51,788 nucleotides of DNA from assembly GCA_043816375.1 (NCBI GenBank), contig JBDRIB010000280.1:1-51788 (forward strand), read 5' to 3'. Below the pieces are notes generated by a model. It searched no databases. It saw only the letters and a list, made by a program, of their open reading frames with translations, and was not told where the DNA came from. Of this stretch, positions 1 to 8,355 are shown one piece after another. Position 1 is the stretch's first letter; every line of letters starts with the position of its first letter. Made by a program: the position numbers and the translations under genes. The stretch is from Planctomycetota bacterium. Lineage in GTDB: Bacteria; Planctomycetota; B129-G9.

Positions 1-279
1 TTTGCCCGGGAGCGCGACAGGCAGTCGGTGCGACTGCCTCTCAAGTTAACAGAACGCGCCGACCAGTTCGACATAACCGCCAAAGTGGAAGGCGGCGGAC
101 CGAGCGGCCAGGCCGGCGCGCTGCAACTGGTCATAGCGCGAGCGCTTTTAAAAGCGGATGACGGCCTCGAAAGCACACTCCGCGACCATGGCCTGCTGAC
201 TCGCGACAGCCGCAAGAAAGAACGCAAAAAATACGGGCAGCCGGGCGCACGACGCCGCTTCCAGTACTCCAAGCGATAA
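1..279 (+). CDS. rpsI: 30S ribosomal protein uS9, C-terminal part (5' end outside window)
   Basis: Frame 1 is open from the window edge. The tail ...GGGPSGQAGALQLVIARAL...TRDSRKKERKKYGQPGARRRFQYSKR is the characteristic uS9 C-terminus. Confidence 0.9.
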   Translation, partial: FARERDRQSVRLPLKLTERADQFDITAKVEGGGPSGQAGALQLVIARALLKADDGLESTLRDHGLLTRDSRKKERKKYGQPGARRRFQYSKR

Positions 280-331
280 CTTCTCCGCCCTGGGCGTGCC
301 ACGCGAGGTGCAACGCCGGCAAGACAAAACA

Positions 332-369
332 ACCGCCGGTTTCCCATACGGGAGACCGGCGGTTTTTTT
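332..369 (+). terminator. Rho-independent terminator after rpsI
   Basis: Stem ACCGCCGGTTTCCC / GGGAGACCGGCGGT around loop ATAC, followed by a T7 run. Confidence 0.8.
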
Positions 370-399
370 CCGGCAATCCTGTTGTTAAGGTTCGCGTTC

Positions 400-852
400 T
401 CAGGCGCGAGTCATATACTCCGTCGGAGGCTTTATCGTCAGCACGGGACAGGTGGCGTGGCGCACCACTCTCTCCGCAACGCTGCCGATGAGTATATGCT
501 CGAAGCCGGTGCGCCCGTGGGTCGCCATTATGATAATGTCGATACCCATCTTCTCCGCCGTGCGCAATATCTCGTTGAATGAGCGGCCCTGTTTCACAAG
601 GCACTCGACTTCGAGACCTTTCTCTTTCGGCACGAGGCCTTCGAGTTCTTCCTGAGCCTGTTTCAGGCGCTCCGCGTCGGGCTGTTCGGGCCTGGGCGAG
701 TCGGCCACCCTGGGCAAATCCTCGTACTCTATAACGTGCAGAAGATACAGTTTGCCCTTTTGCGCGGCGGCGAAACTGGTAACGTAATCGAGCACCGAGC
801 GCGAACACTCCGAAAAATCCGTCGGAAACAGGATTTTTTCCGCCTTAAACAT
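400..852 (-). CDS. Universal stress protein (UspA family)
   Basis: 150 aa. Has ILFPTDFSE... and the C-terminal IIIMATHGRTGFEHILIGSVAERVVRHATCPVLTIK ATP-binding-type motif. AAGGAG Shine-Dalgarno upstream of the ATG. Confidence 0.85.
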   Translation of the reverse strand: MFKAEKILFPTDFSECSRSVLDYVTSFAAAQKGKLYLLHVIEYEDLPRVADSPRPEQPDAERLKQAQEELEGLVPKEKGLEVECLVKQGRSFNEILRTAEKMGIDIIIMATHGRTGFEHILIGSVAERVVRHATCPVLTIKPPTEYMTRA

Positions 853-963
853 ACCCGTTCTCCTTCAAGCGAAAGGCATATCTGGAAAACAAAATAACTA
901 CCTTGCGCAAAGTAAACAACAGAAAGGCGCGGATGTCAAGAAAAAGTGTGGCCCTCGACGATG

Positions 964-991
964 TTGACATAATTCCGTGCCGGATTATAAT
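964..991 (+). promoter_or_regulatory. Sigma70-type promoter for tRNA-Thr
   Basis: TTGACA (964-969), 16-nt spacer, TATAAT (986-991), about 12 nt upstream of the tRNA 5' end. Confidence 0.7.
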
Positions 992-1002
992 CCGCGCAAC
1001 AG

Positions 1003-1078
1003 GCCTGGATAGCTCAATCGGCAGAGCGCGGCTTTCGTAAAGCCGAGGTTGCGGGTTCGAATCCCGCTCCGGGCTCCA
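1003..1078 (+). tRNA. tRNA-Thr (anticodon CGU), CCA encoded
   Basis: Manual cloverleaf. Acceptor GCCTGGA/TCCGGGC, D arm GCTC..GAGC, anticodon stem CGGCT/AGCCG with loop TTCGTAA, T arm GCGGG-TTCGAAT-CCCGC, discriminator T plus CCA. Confidence 0.9.
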
Positions 1079-1087
1079 GACCAGAAA

Positions 1088-1114
1088 AGACGCCCCGGGG
1101 GCGTCTTTTTTTTT
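1088..1114 (+). terminator. Rho-independent terminator after the tRNA (possibly bidirectional; the kinase gene ends at 1143)
   Basis: AGACGCCCC/GGGGCGTCT hairpin followed by a T9 run; A-rich on the other side. Confidence 0.8.
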
Positions 1115-1142
1115 CCTGCTCATTTGCCGAACCGGGCGGCTC

Positions 1143-2318
1143 TCAGCCCGGCGAAGCACCTTCGGTCAGGAGTGCGGAAGACGGTTCCTTAATATCGGGC
1201 AGCGAAAACACGAAGGCTACCCCGCCCTCTTCCGCCTGCTCTAATACAACGCTGCCGGCGTGTTTTTCCATAATCGCCTTTGCAACGGGCAGCCCCAGCC
1301 CCAGCCCGCCGACCCGCCGCGTCATATAGTGGTCGACCTGCTTGAACTTGCGGAAGATGCTGTGGTGGTGCTTCGACTCCACCGGCGCGCCGTCATTCTG
1401 CACTACGAACTTCGCTATCTTCTCTTCACGGAACGTTTTGACGGTAATTTTCAGTCTCGGTAGTTTTTCATTGAACTTGATCGCGTTGTCAAGAATATTC
1501 GACAGGGCCTTACCCATCAGGCCCTCGTCAACAAACACGGACAGAGTCTCTTTGCACGGATGGAATTCCTTCTCTATCACGGGGCCCTTGTACTCCCCCG
1601 AGAACTTGTCCAGGAACCCGTCCAGGAACCGGGCCAGAAATGAGTTCAAATCCACTTTCTGTTTTGCAAGCGGTGCCCGCCCCATCTGGAGTTCGGCGGC
1701 AAGGAGCAGGTTTTCAATGGTGCATCCCATTTCCCCGGCGCTTTCAGAGACCAGATTCAGCAATTCCAGCAAATCAGGGGAAAGTCCGCTGCTGTACAGG
1801 TCGCTTATCAGTTCCAGGCTGCTCCGGATATTGGTAAGCGGGGTGCGAAGTTCGTGGGACAGGATGGCAAAGAATTCCTCGTGCGACTTGGCCAGTTCCC
1901 GCAGCACGACGATTTCCTTTTGCAGTTGCTGGAACTGCAAGGCCTTCTTGAAGACCACGGGAATCTGCTCGATGTCGCGAATGGGCTTGGTCAGGAACTC
2001 GGCCGCGCCCAGTTTTATCGCCTCAACGGCGGTTTCCACCGTCGCGTGGCCGGTTATCATAACGGCAAGTATGTCGGGGGAAAGGCGCTTGGCGCGCTTG
2101 AGCAGCTCCAGCCCGCCCATCCCTGGCATCTGGATATCGGAAAGGAGCACGTCAAAATCTTCCTCGGTCATAATGCCCAGCGCCTCCTCGCCGCTGCCGG
2201 TGGTGCGCACGTAGTGCCCCTTGCTCTCCAGCACGTCGCGAAGGAGATCCTGAATGACCTGTTCGTCGTCAACAACCAAAACGTTAAATCTGTCTTCCAT
2301 TGACCTACCGCTCATCAA
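1143..2318 (-). CDS. Hybrid response regulator / histidine kinase (REC-HisKA-HATPase)
   Basis: N-terminal receiver (VLVVDDE..., DVLLSDIQMPGMGG, K in LTKP), H-box FFAILSHELRTPLT, C-terminal ATPase G-boxes (NDGAPV, GGLGLGL). Exact start is ambiguous (TTG/ATG at 2318-2313 or Met7). Confidence 0.85.
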   Translation of the reverse strand: MMSGRSMEDRFNVLVVDDEQVIQDLLRDVLESKGHYVRTTGSGEEALGIMTEEDFDVLLSDIQMPGMGGLELLKRAKRLSPDILAVMITGHATVETAVEAIKLGAAEFLTKPIRDIEQIPVVFKKALQFQQLQKEIVVLRELAKSHEEFFAILSHELRTPLTNIRSSLELISDLYSSGLSPDLLELLNLVSESAGEMGCTIENLLLAAELQMGRAPLAKQKVDLNSFLARFLDGFLDKFSGEYKGPVIEKEFHPCKETLSVFVDEGLMGKALSNILDNAIKFNEKLPRLKITVKTFREEKIAKFVVQNDGAPVESKHHHSIFRKFKQVDHYMTRRVGGLGLGLPVAKAIMEKHAGSVVLEQAEEGGVAFVFSLPDIKEPSSALLTEGASPG

Positions 2319-2372
2319 AGATCTTTACGCAACAATACTCCGAAACGCAATCATCCGCACAGACAACTGAGG

Positions 2373-4343
2373 TCAGTCTTGTCGGGAGGCGAACCATATT
2401 TGCCAGTTTGCTCTGACCGAAGCGCGGTCGCTGTTCGGTCCCACCGGCGAATAGAAAAAGGATTTGCCGGTTATCTTCTCAAGACATTCTTCCGCAGCAA
2501 CGCTTAAGATAAATGATTCATTTTCGAGGAGATTGACGAGATATGGTATCGACCGACGTGATTTCATACGCGCCAGACGCGCGAGCGCTTCCAGTTTTAT
2601 CCCCTCTAATTCCGTAATATCTGATATCGTCGCCATAAACACAAATTCTTTAGTCTTACCGGAATATCTCTCCCACCATTTTCGCCACATAACAGCGGAC
2701 TGCGCTTCGTCGCGCGGACCGGAGAGCGATTCAGGCTCGAAGGACCTTCCGGTTATGCTTTTAAGGGCGACAGCGGCATAATGCCGCAGGCCCGAGGACT
2801 CTTCCTCCAGGGCGGCAATCAGGTACGGTATCGCTCGCCAGTCGTCGAGCTCCTTCAGGCCGAGAGCGGCATCTGCGCGATGCCGCACGCTCTCGCCGCG
2901 ATTCTGAAGGATTGAGACCAGCCTGTTGAATGTGTCCGTCTCCTTCACACGCTCCCACCATTCACGCCACAGGCGAACAACCCCTGCGCGGTCGGCTTCG
3001 GATGCGAGAGAGTCAAACTCAAAATAGTAATACGTTATCTTTCTTAACGCGCGTTCGGCGGTGCGTCTGACCATTTCGGAATCGTCTTCCATTGCATCAA
3101 TCAGATACGGCACCGCCGCCTCACCCGAATCCGCCAGGTTCTTCACTGCCTGCAGCCTGTCGCGCGCAGAATCACTGCGAAGCGCGGCGGACCATGCCTC
3201 GAGGTCCGTCAACTGAGCGGTTTGCGCAATCCGGTTCCGCCAGAACGCGACCACTTCCTCCTTTTGCCCGGCAATCTCATCACGCTCAACCGGCGCGTGG
3301 CCTGCCGTAAGCCTTTCGAGCAGGCTGTTGAGAAGCAGGAATCCTTTTCCCTCGCTCTTCTCCAGCGCGTCAGCCAGCAACCGCGCATCGCCCCTTTCGC
3401 AGAGCCGCTCAAGCGCCGACGATATTTCCCTCAATGCCTTTCCGTCCGCCCTCTGCACGGCGGCAACCAGGGCGGATAACGCCTCTTTCGCATCCAGTTT
3501 TCGCAATGCCTTTGCCGCAGCGGCAACGGTGCGACTGTCATCGTTCTGCAAGTACTTCACGAGAAGCGGCGATGCCCGCCCCGCGTCCAGCCTTTCCAGC
3601 GCGGCGATGGCGGCGTATGGCTCGGCCGTTCCCGCCTCGAGATCGTCCATCAGCCAGTCAACGGGCGTCTTTTCCCTGTATTTCTCGTACCACTCGCGCC
3701 ACGTCGCCAGCAACTCCTGCAACTCTTCGTCGGCCAGTGGCTCTTCCGGGGCGGGACCGAACGAAATCACTTCGTCCAGGCGCGCGGTAAGCGACGCGGC
3801 GCGCGCATCCGAGACGCCGCCGGAAATCGAATGGCCGGTTACGTACTCAAGCGTCCGGAAAATCAGTGCGCGACTCCCGCATCCCGGCCTTGCCGCCTCC
3901 TCCAGCAACAGCGGCACCGCCCGCCAGTCGGCCAGGCGCGGCAGCGCGCGGCGCGCAATCTGCCTGACGCGCTCGTCGGGATGGCTGCACCGCGAGGCGA
4001 GAACCCGATTGCCGGTGCGGCCGACGCGATGTTCAAGGCTTTGAAGCGCCAGGACTGCGGCGATGATGACGTTCGGCGAAGGGTCGGAAAGCGCTTTCAC
4101 AAGGTGGGGCATAACGCGGATGCTGTTGAAGGCTTCCAGGCCGCGGACCGCCTTCAGACGCACTTCACAGTCGGAATGGCGCAAATTTTCGACAAGCGAG
4201 GCGAACAGCGCGGCCTCTTCAGTGGTAAGCGAGCGGGAATCCCGGTCGCGGCGCGCTTCTTTGAACTGAGACGTAGCCCAGAATCCCGCGCCCAGAATTA
4301 ACGCAATAACTGCGGCATATTTTTTCACGGTCCCCTCTCGCAA
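2373..4343 (-). CDS. HEAT-repeat protein with N-terminal membrane anchor
   Basis: 656 aa. One N-terminal hydrophobic helix, then many repeats of the ...VRxxAaxALgxl.d.ravp.Li.aL.d type. The GTG at 4328, preceded by GAGAGGGG, is a plausible alternative start. Confidence 0.7.
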   Translation of the reverse strand: MREGTVKKYAAVIALILGAGFWATSQFKEARRDRDSRSLTTEEAALFASLVENLRHSDCEVRLKAVRGLEAFNSIRVMPHLVKALSDPSPNVIIAAVLALQSLEHRVGRTGNRVLASRCSHPDERVRQIARRALPRLADWRAVPLLLEEAARPGCGSRALIFRTLEYVTGHSISGGVSDARAASLTARLDEVISFGPAPEEPLADEELQELLATWREWYEKYREKTPVDWLMDDLEAGTAEPYAAIAALERLDAGRASPLLVKYLQNDDSRTVAAAAKALRKLDAKEALSALVAAVQRADGKALREISSALERLCERGDARLLADALEKSEGKGFLLLNSLLERLTAGHAPVERDEIAGQKEEVVAFWRNRIAQTAQLTDLEAWSAALRSDSARDRLQAVKNLADSGEAAVPYLIDAMEDDSEMVRRTAERALRKITYYYFEFDSLASEADRAGVVRLWREWWERVKETDTFNRLVSILQNRGESVRHRADAALGLKELDDWRAIPYLIAALEEESSGLRHYAAVALKSITGRSFEPESLSGPRDEAQSAVMWRKWWERYSGKTKEFVFMATISDITELEGIKLEALARLARMKSRRSIPYLVNLLENESFILSVAAEECLEKITGKSFFYSPVGPNSDRASVRANWQIWFASRQD

Positions 4344-4384
4344 AACCCGCGACGCAAACGTGAGATTGCGATTTTATACTTTAT

Positions 4385-4412
4385 ATTTTACAACTTATCC
4401 GCCATCTTGCAA
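4385..4412 (-). promoter_or_regulatory. Candidate sigma70 promoter for the HEAT-repeat gene
   Basis: On the minus strand: TTGCAA, 16 nt, TAAAAT. Confidence 0.45.
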
Positions 4413-4435
4413 GCCTTATTCTCCCCTCCCCCGCC

Positions 4436-4462
4436 AAAAAACTACCCCAGGGGTAGTTTTTT
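4436..4462. repeat. Palindrome P1: AAAAAACTACCCC-A-GGGGTAGTTTTTT
   Basis: Perfect 13+1+13 palindrome read directly. It has a partner at 4502-4527. Confidence 0.9.
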
Positions 4463-4501
4463 GTTGATATATAATCATTCAATATAAATAGTTATGTTTA
4501 T

Positions 4502-4527
4502 AAAAAACTACCCCTGGGGTGGTTTTT
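4502..4527. repeat. Palindrome P2: AAAAAACTACCCC-T-GGGGTGGTTTTT
   Basis: Same core as P1 with one mismatch. Centres are 66 bp apart and flank a very AT-rich core. Confidence 0.9.
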
Positions 4528-4638
4528 CAAGGAGGGGATTTTTTGGCAAGGTTGCGTCCTGCGCCTGCGGCTTGTGGCGCGAGGCGTTTATCCAGTTGGA
4601 AGAGGGCTGATATTGCAAATCGGCTTTCTCATTTTTTT

Positions 4639-4666
4639 CTTGACGAATCGGCTGCCGTGCATAGGA
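4639..4666 (+). promoter_or_regulatory. Candidate lexA promoter
   Basis: TTGACG, 16 nt, TAGGAT, about 45 nt upstream of the lexA ATG. Confidence 0.4.
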
Positions 4667-4711
4667 TTACAGAGGCTACCTTACAAAAACAAAACACATT
4701 GGAGACCGGCG

Positions 4712-5308
4712 ATGCACTACACCAAAAAGCAGTACGCAGTAATGAAGTTTATTGCCGAATACATCGCAGCGCACGGCATACCGCCCACTCTTGAAGAAGT
4801 CGGCAGGAACTTCAATGTCTGCAAGGTCACGATATTTGAACACCTGAAAATGCTGGAGAAGAAGGGCGCGATAAGGAGACGGAAGGGGCTGTCGCGTTCG
4901 GTCGAGTTACTCGATGAGCAATTCGCCACTCCATCGCCGACGCGCGTGCCGCTTGTCGGAAGGATTGCCGCAGGCCGTCCCATCGAGGCGATTGAGAACC
5001 CGCAGACGGTGGACCTGTCCGCGCTGATTCCGCGCGACAAGGAGTGCTACCTCCTGCGCGTGAAGGGCGATTCGATGATAGATGAACACATCGCCGACGG
5101 CGATTATGTGATAGTCGAAAAGCGGGAAACCGCGCGCGACGGACAGATAGTCGTGGCCATCATCAACGATAACGAGGCGACATTGAAGCGGCTCTACCGC
5201 GAGGGGCGCGGCTTCCGCCTCGAACCCGCCAATCCCTCGGTCCCCCCGATTCACACCAACCGCGTGGACGTCCGAGGCGTCGTTATCGGCGTCCTGAGGA
5301 AATACTGA
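4712..5308 (+). CDS. lexA: LexA repressor (self-cleaving S24 peptidase)
   Basis: wHTH N-domain (PPTLEEVGRNFNVCKVTIFEHLKMLEKKG), Ala-Gly cleavage site in VGRIAAGRPIEA, catalytic Ser in VKGDSM and Lys in ATLKRL. GGAGA Shine-Dalgarno 7 nt before the ATG at 4712. The longer track ORF from 4574 adds implausible N-terminal residues. Confidence 0.9.
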   Translation: MHYTKKQYAVMKFIAEYIAAHGIPPTLEEVGRNFNVCKVTIFEHLKMLEKKGAIRRRKGLSRSVELLDEQFATPSPTRVPLVGRIAAGRPIEAIENPQTVDLSALIPRDKECYLLRVKGDSMIDEHIADGDYVIVEKRETARDGQIVVAIINDNEATLKRLYREGRGFRLEPANPSVPPIHTNRVDVRGVVIGVLRKY

Positions 5309-5362
5309 TAGTTCGGAGCAGAGAATGGAAAAAGAGAATGCAGCGGCTTTTCGCGCCTGTTT

Positions 5363-7078
5363 TTAGAATTCGAAAACGATATTGAGGTACACGCGGTTGA
5401 CGGCGTCGTCGGCGCCGTCGCCCCGCAAGGCGCGGATGTTGTCGTGCACGGCGTCGCCCATCATTACGCGCGCATAGGCTATCTGCAGCAACAGGCGCTC
5501 CGAATAACGGTAGTTAATGAACAAATCAAACTCCCACGCCAGGTCGTCGCTAACATGGGCCGTCCTGCCCATAAGCGGCGCGACCGAACCGGGGGCGGCA
5601 AAATCGTCGCTCCTGTCAAGATGGAAGTAGTGCAGCGCGCCGCCTATCTCGAGTTTGCTGAACGGATAGAACATCGCCGAAAGTCCAAGCGCGTGAATGT
5701 TTTCGCCCTGGAACAAATCGGCCAGGCCCATACGATAGTGGTTGTTCTGGAACAGCGGGTTGAACGTGCCCTGGTCCTCGTCGAACGGGTTGTTGTCGCC
5801 TGAAGCAAAGGCGTAGTAGAGTTCCACCGCCGGTTTGAAGCGCCATTTGCGGCACTGGTAGCGCAGGTTGGCCTCCATCCCGAAAGCCTTTATTTCCCCG
5901 CCGCTCATTCCGGAACCGGCGCCGGGGACGGGTCTGCCGGTAACCGCGTTGAAAGGCCCCGCCGTGCCGGCGTCGCCGAACTGGAACGCGAACTCAAAAT
6001 TGTATTTCAGCAAACGCTCTTCGTCGTCGAGAACGCGCCCGTGCGCTCTGATGCCGGCGGTCCAGCGGTCTTCATTGACAAAGTCGTTCACGTAAACCTG
6101 TCCCGCCGCGTCGGGGCTCAGAGTTGTCATAAGAGTCGTCGCGTCGTTGAGGTTGTTGGTCTGGTCACGGACGAAAAGCAGATAGGCCTCGAGCGCATCT
6201 ATCATCTTCAGTTTGTCGTGAATGCCCTTCCAGGTGAAATACAGGCCGAAGAAGTCGCGCTTGTCGTCGTCGTACCGGTTATCACCGGCGCCATCGGCGA
6301 AATTGTCGCTGAGCCGCGCCCACCACGCGTCTATTTCGAGTTTCAGGGACGTTATTTCATACATCACGCGCACGGCGTCAAAAGAGAGGCCCGAGTAAAA
6401 GTCTTCGTTGCCTATGAGGAACTGCGTGCCCTTCACGATTTCCTGCCGTCCGACGCGCACCTCTGCATCCGTGCCGAAGAACTTCCTGAAGGTGATATAG
6501 GCCTGATAGATTTCGATGTCGTCCTCATTGTCGTTGCGCGCGTTGGGTCCGAACTCGGTCGATGTGTCGCCGAAGTAGGAGTTGTTCTGGACCTCGAAGA
6601 GCGCGTCCACCCAGTCCTGGAACTCGAGCGCGACGCCGAATCTGATTCGCGAATCGACGAAATCGGTCTTGTCGCCGTGCGAGGTATCGAAGTCGGTGAA
6701 GTTGTCGACGAACTCGATGCGTTCGCGAATCCCACCGAAGAACCTCACGTTGGTGATGAAACCACCCTCTGCGCCTTTGATATCGAGGAGGCCGGTCTTT
6801 GCGCGCCGCTCTTCGAACCAGTGCCGCAGTTTTTCCTCCAGCGCGGGAGAGATACCGGCGTCCGACTCGCCGGAGACGCGGTCCAGGCTGTCGCGAAGTT
6901 CCTGATTCTCCCGGCGCAGTTCACCGAGTTGCCTGTTCGTTTCCTGCTTCCATTCTTCGAACTCGCGCCGGAGTTGCTCGACGTCGCCGTTCTGCGCGGC
7001 CGCATTAGAGCAGACAAGAAGAAATGCGAGGATTGCAAGGAAGGTCGCGAAGACATGAGTGTTGTTCAACATTTTCAT
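5363..7078 (-). CDS. Outer-membrane beta-barrel protein (porin / alginate-export-like)
   Basis: Signal peptide ...CSNAAAQ, N-terminal coiled coil, alternating aromatic/polar strands, C-terminal ...VYLNIVFEF (terminal Phe). AAGGAGG Shine-Dalgarno. Confidence 0.7.
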   Translation of the reverse strand: MKMLNNTHVFATFLAILAFLLVCSNAAAQNGDVEQLRREFEEWKQETNRQLGELRRENQELRDSLDRVSGESDAGISPALEEKLRHWFEERRAKTGLLDIKGAEGGFITNVRFFGGIRERIEFVDNFTDFDTSHGDKTDFVDSRIRFGVALEFQDWVDALFEVQNNSYFGDTSTEFGPNARNDNEDDIEIYQAYITFRKFFGTDAEVRVGRQEIVKGTQFLIGNEDFYSGLSFDAVRVMYEITSLKLEIDAWWARLSDNFADGAGDNRYDDDKRDFFGLYFTWKGIHDKLKMIDALEAYLLFVRDQTNNLNDATTLMTTLSPDAAGQVYVNDFVNEDRWTAGIRAHGRVLDDEERLLKYNFEFAFQFGDAGTAGPFNAVTGRPVPGAGSGMSGGEIKAFGMEANLRYQCRKWRFKPAVELYYAFASGDNNPFDEDQGTFNPLFQNNHYRMGLADLFQGENIHALGLSAMFYPFSKLEIGGALHYFHLDRSDDFAAPGSVAPLMGRTAHVSDDLAWEFDLFINYRYSERLLLQIAYARVMMGDAVHDNIRALRGDGADDAVNRVYLNIVFEF

Positions 7079-7116
7079 CTTGAATGGCCTCCTTTGGGTG
7101 TATCATCCGGGTTTAC

Positions 7117-7554
7117 TTATCCATCAACGACGAAAGTCACAGGCCCGTCATTATGTATCGTTACATGCATATGTCCGCCGAAGACGCCTTCCCGCACCGC
7201 CAGTCCCTGCCCTCGGAGCGTGTCGGCGAATTCCGCGCAGAGTTTTTTCGCCTCATCCGGCGGCGCGGCCGTCTCGAAGCCGGGACGCCTGCCGCGGGAT
7301 ACATCGGCGCAAAGAGTGAACTGGGAGACGAGTAGTATTTCGGCGGATGTGTCGAGGGCGGAAAGGTTCATCTTTCCGTTTTCGTCTTCAAAGATACGCA
7401 GCGTGGCCGTCTTTTTTGCGAGGGATTCGGCAGCCTGCGGCGTGTCGCCGCGAGCGATGCCAAGCAGGACGACAAGGCCGCGGACGATTGACGCGACCTC
7501 TTTTCCTTCAACGCGGACGTTGCCGCCCGTTACTCTTTGTAAGACTGCTCGCAT
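7117..7554 (-). CDS. dtd: D-aminoacyl-tRNA deacylase
   Basis: 145 aa. Has MRAVLQRV..., ...LLVSQFTL... and a C-terminal NDGPVT motif, typical of Dtd. Confidence 0.9.
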   Translation of the reverse strand: MRAVLQRVTGGNVRVEGKEVASIVRGLVVLLGIARGDTPQAAESLAKKTATLRIFEDENGKMNLSALDTSAEILLVSQFTLCADVSRGRRPGFETAAPPDEAKKLCAEFADTLRGQGLAVREGVFGGHMHVTIHNDGPVTFVVDG

Positions 7555-7760
7555 TTACGCTACATTCATAAACACAGTTGATTGATTCTACCGGTGACGG
7601 TTTTGCCGTGGTGGTTCCCCCTCCCGCGGGTGTTTCCCTCCATCAATATTAATATCGTCAAATCGGGCGACATCGTTCGCAACAAATTAGCTTCGGGGAA
7701 GAATGGATGGAAACAAACAGGCATTTATTGTTCTTTGCGTTGTTAAAGAAACACCTGTTG

Positions 7761-7889
7761 CGAAAGGATGACAGTCACCATCTACGAGCTGGCGCCCGAC
7801 TTCGTCGGGGGCTGCGCTCCGCCCGTTCCGGGTCCTCGCCCTGAGGACCCGTCAGGGTCCGAACGGGTAATGGTGACAGTCACCTTTCG
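7761..7889 (+). mobile_element. MITE-like element, type I copy (E1)
   Basis: Bounded by CGAAAGGATGACAGTCACCAT... and ...ATGGTGACAGTCACCTTTCG inverted repeats. Homologous along its whole length to the inverted copy at 30538-30671. Confidence 0.75.
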
Positions 7890-7930
7890 TGTTTCATTGG
7901 CAATACAATCAACAATAGAATTATTCCGGC

Positions 7931-7963
7931 AAAAAAACGGCCCCCACGCGTTTGCGTGAGGGC
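7931..7963 (-). terminator. Rho-independent terminator of the poly-lysine microgene
   Basis: GCCCTCACGC/GCGTGGGGGC hairpin followed (minus strand) by T7. Confidence 0.7.
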
Positions 7964-7990
7964 TTCTTTTCCAACTACTGGGCACTCTGT

Positions 7991-8092
7991 TTACTTGCGT
8001 TTTCCTTTTTTCTTCGTCCCTTTGGCCTTTTTGGCCTTTTTGACCTTTTTGGCCTTTTTGACCTTCTTTTTCTTTGCTTTTTTCTTGGCCAT
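7991..8092 (-). CDS. 33-aa lysine/alanine-rich basic microprotein (not in ORF track)
   Basis: Manual translation: MAKKKAKKKKVKKAKKVKKAKKAKGTKKKGKRK*. AAAGGGG lies upstream of the ATG and a terminator lies about 30 nt downstream of the stop. Confidence 0.55.
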   Translation of the reverse strand: MAKKKAKKKKVKKAKKVKKAKKAKGTKKKGKRK

Positions 8093-8355
8093 CGATGTCG
8101 CCCCTTTAACAAAGAGATAAATAAAACCCCGCGCCTCCAGACGCCGGTGCCAATTATTCTCGCGGCAATGTGAAAGAACTTTTCTTTCGCTTCGTTAAAT
8201 TGTATCGGTAAATGGCAAACTAATCTTTCAGTAAATGATTAATATATGAGGGGATTTTTCTCTTGTGCTTCCTGACTCTTCCACCGGAACAGCGAAAGAA
8301 AAATCTCTCGGGAAATGAATGAAGCGGAATCACGCCACGCAAAAGGCGGCCGACG

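Noticed and set aside
4436-4527. A-run/hairpin/T-run palindromes as bidirectional terminators
   Set aside because: They lie between divergently transcribed genes where nothing ends, and the 1-nt centre leaves only a short usable stem.
4519-4794. ORF preceded by AAGGAGG just after palindrome P2, and the long 4574 N-terminal extension of lexA
   Set aside because: The first overlaps lexA out of frame and has no recognisable features. The second adds about 46 non-homologous residues upstream of a well-placed GGAGA-ATG start.
6041-7585. 514-aa ORF on the plus strand
   Set aside because: It lies antisense to the porin and dtd genes, which have clear motifs, signal peptide and Shine-Dalgarno. Its Arg/Ala/Pro-rich composition is typical of a shadow ORF in GC-rich DNA. 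The same reasoning applies to 28574-30082 (-), 34536-35789 (-), 48597-50270 (+), 46074-47114 (+), 26051-27097 (-), 27122-28174 (-), 12873-13778 (-), 18187-18999 (+) and 47644-48522 (+).
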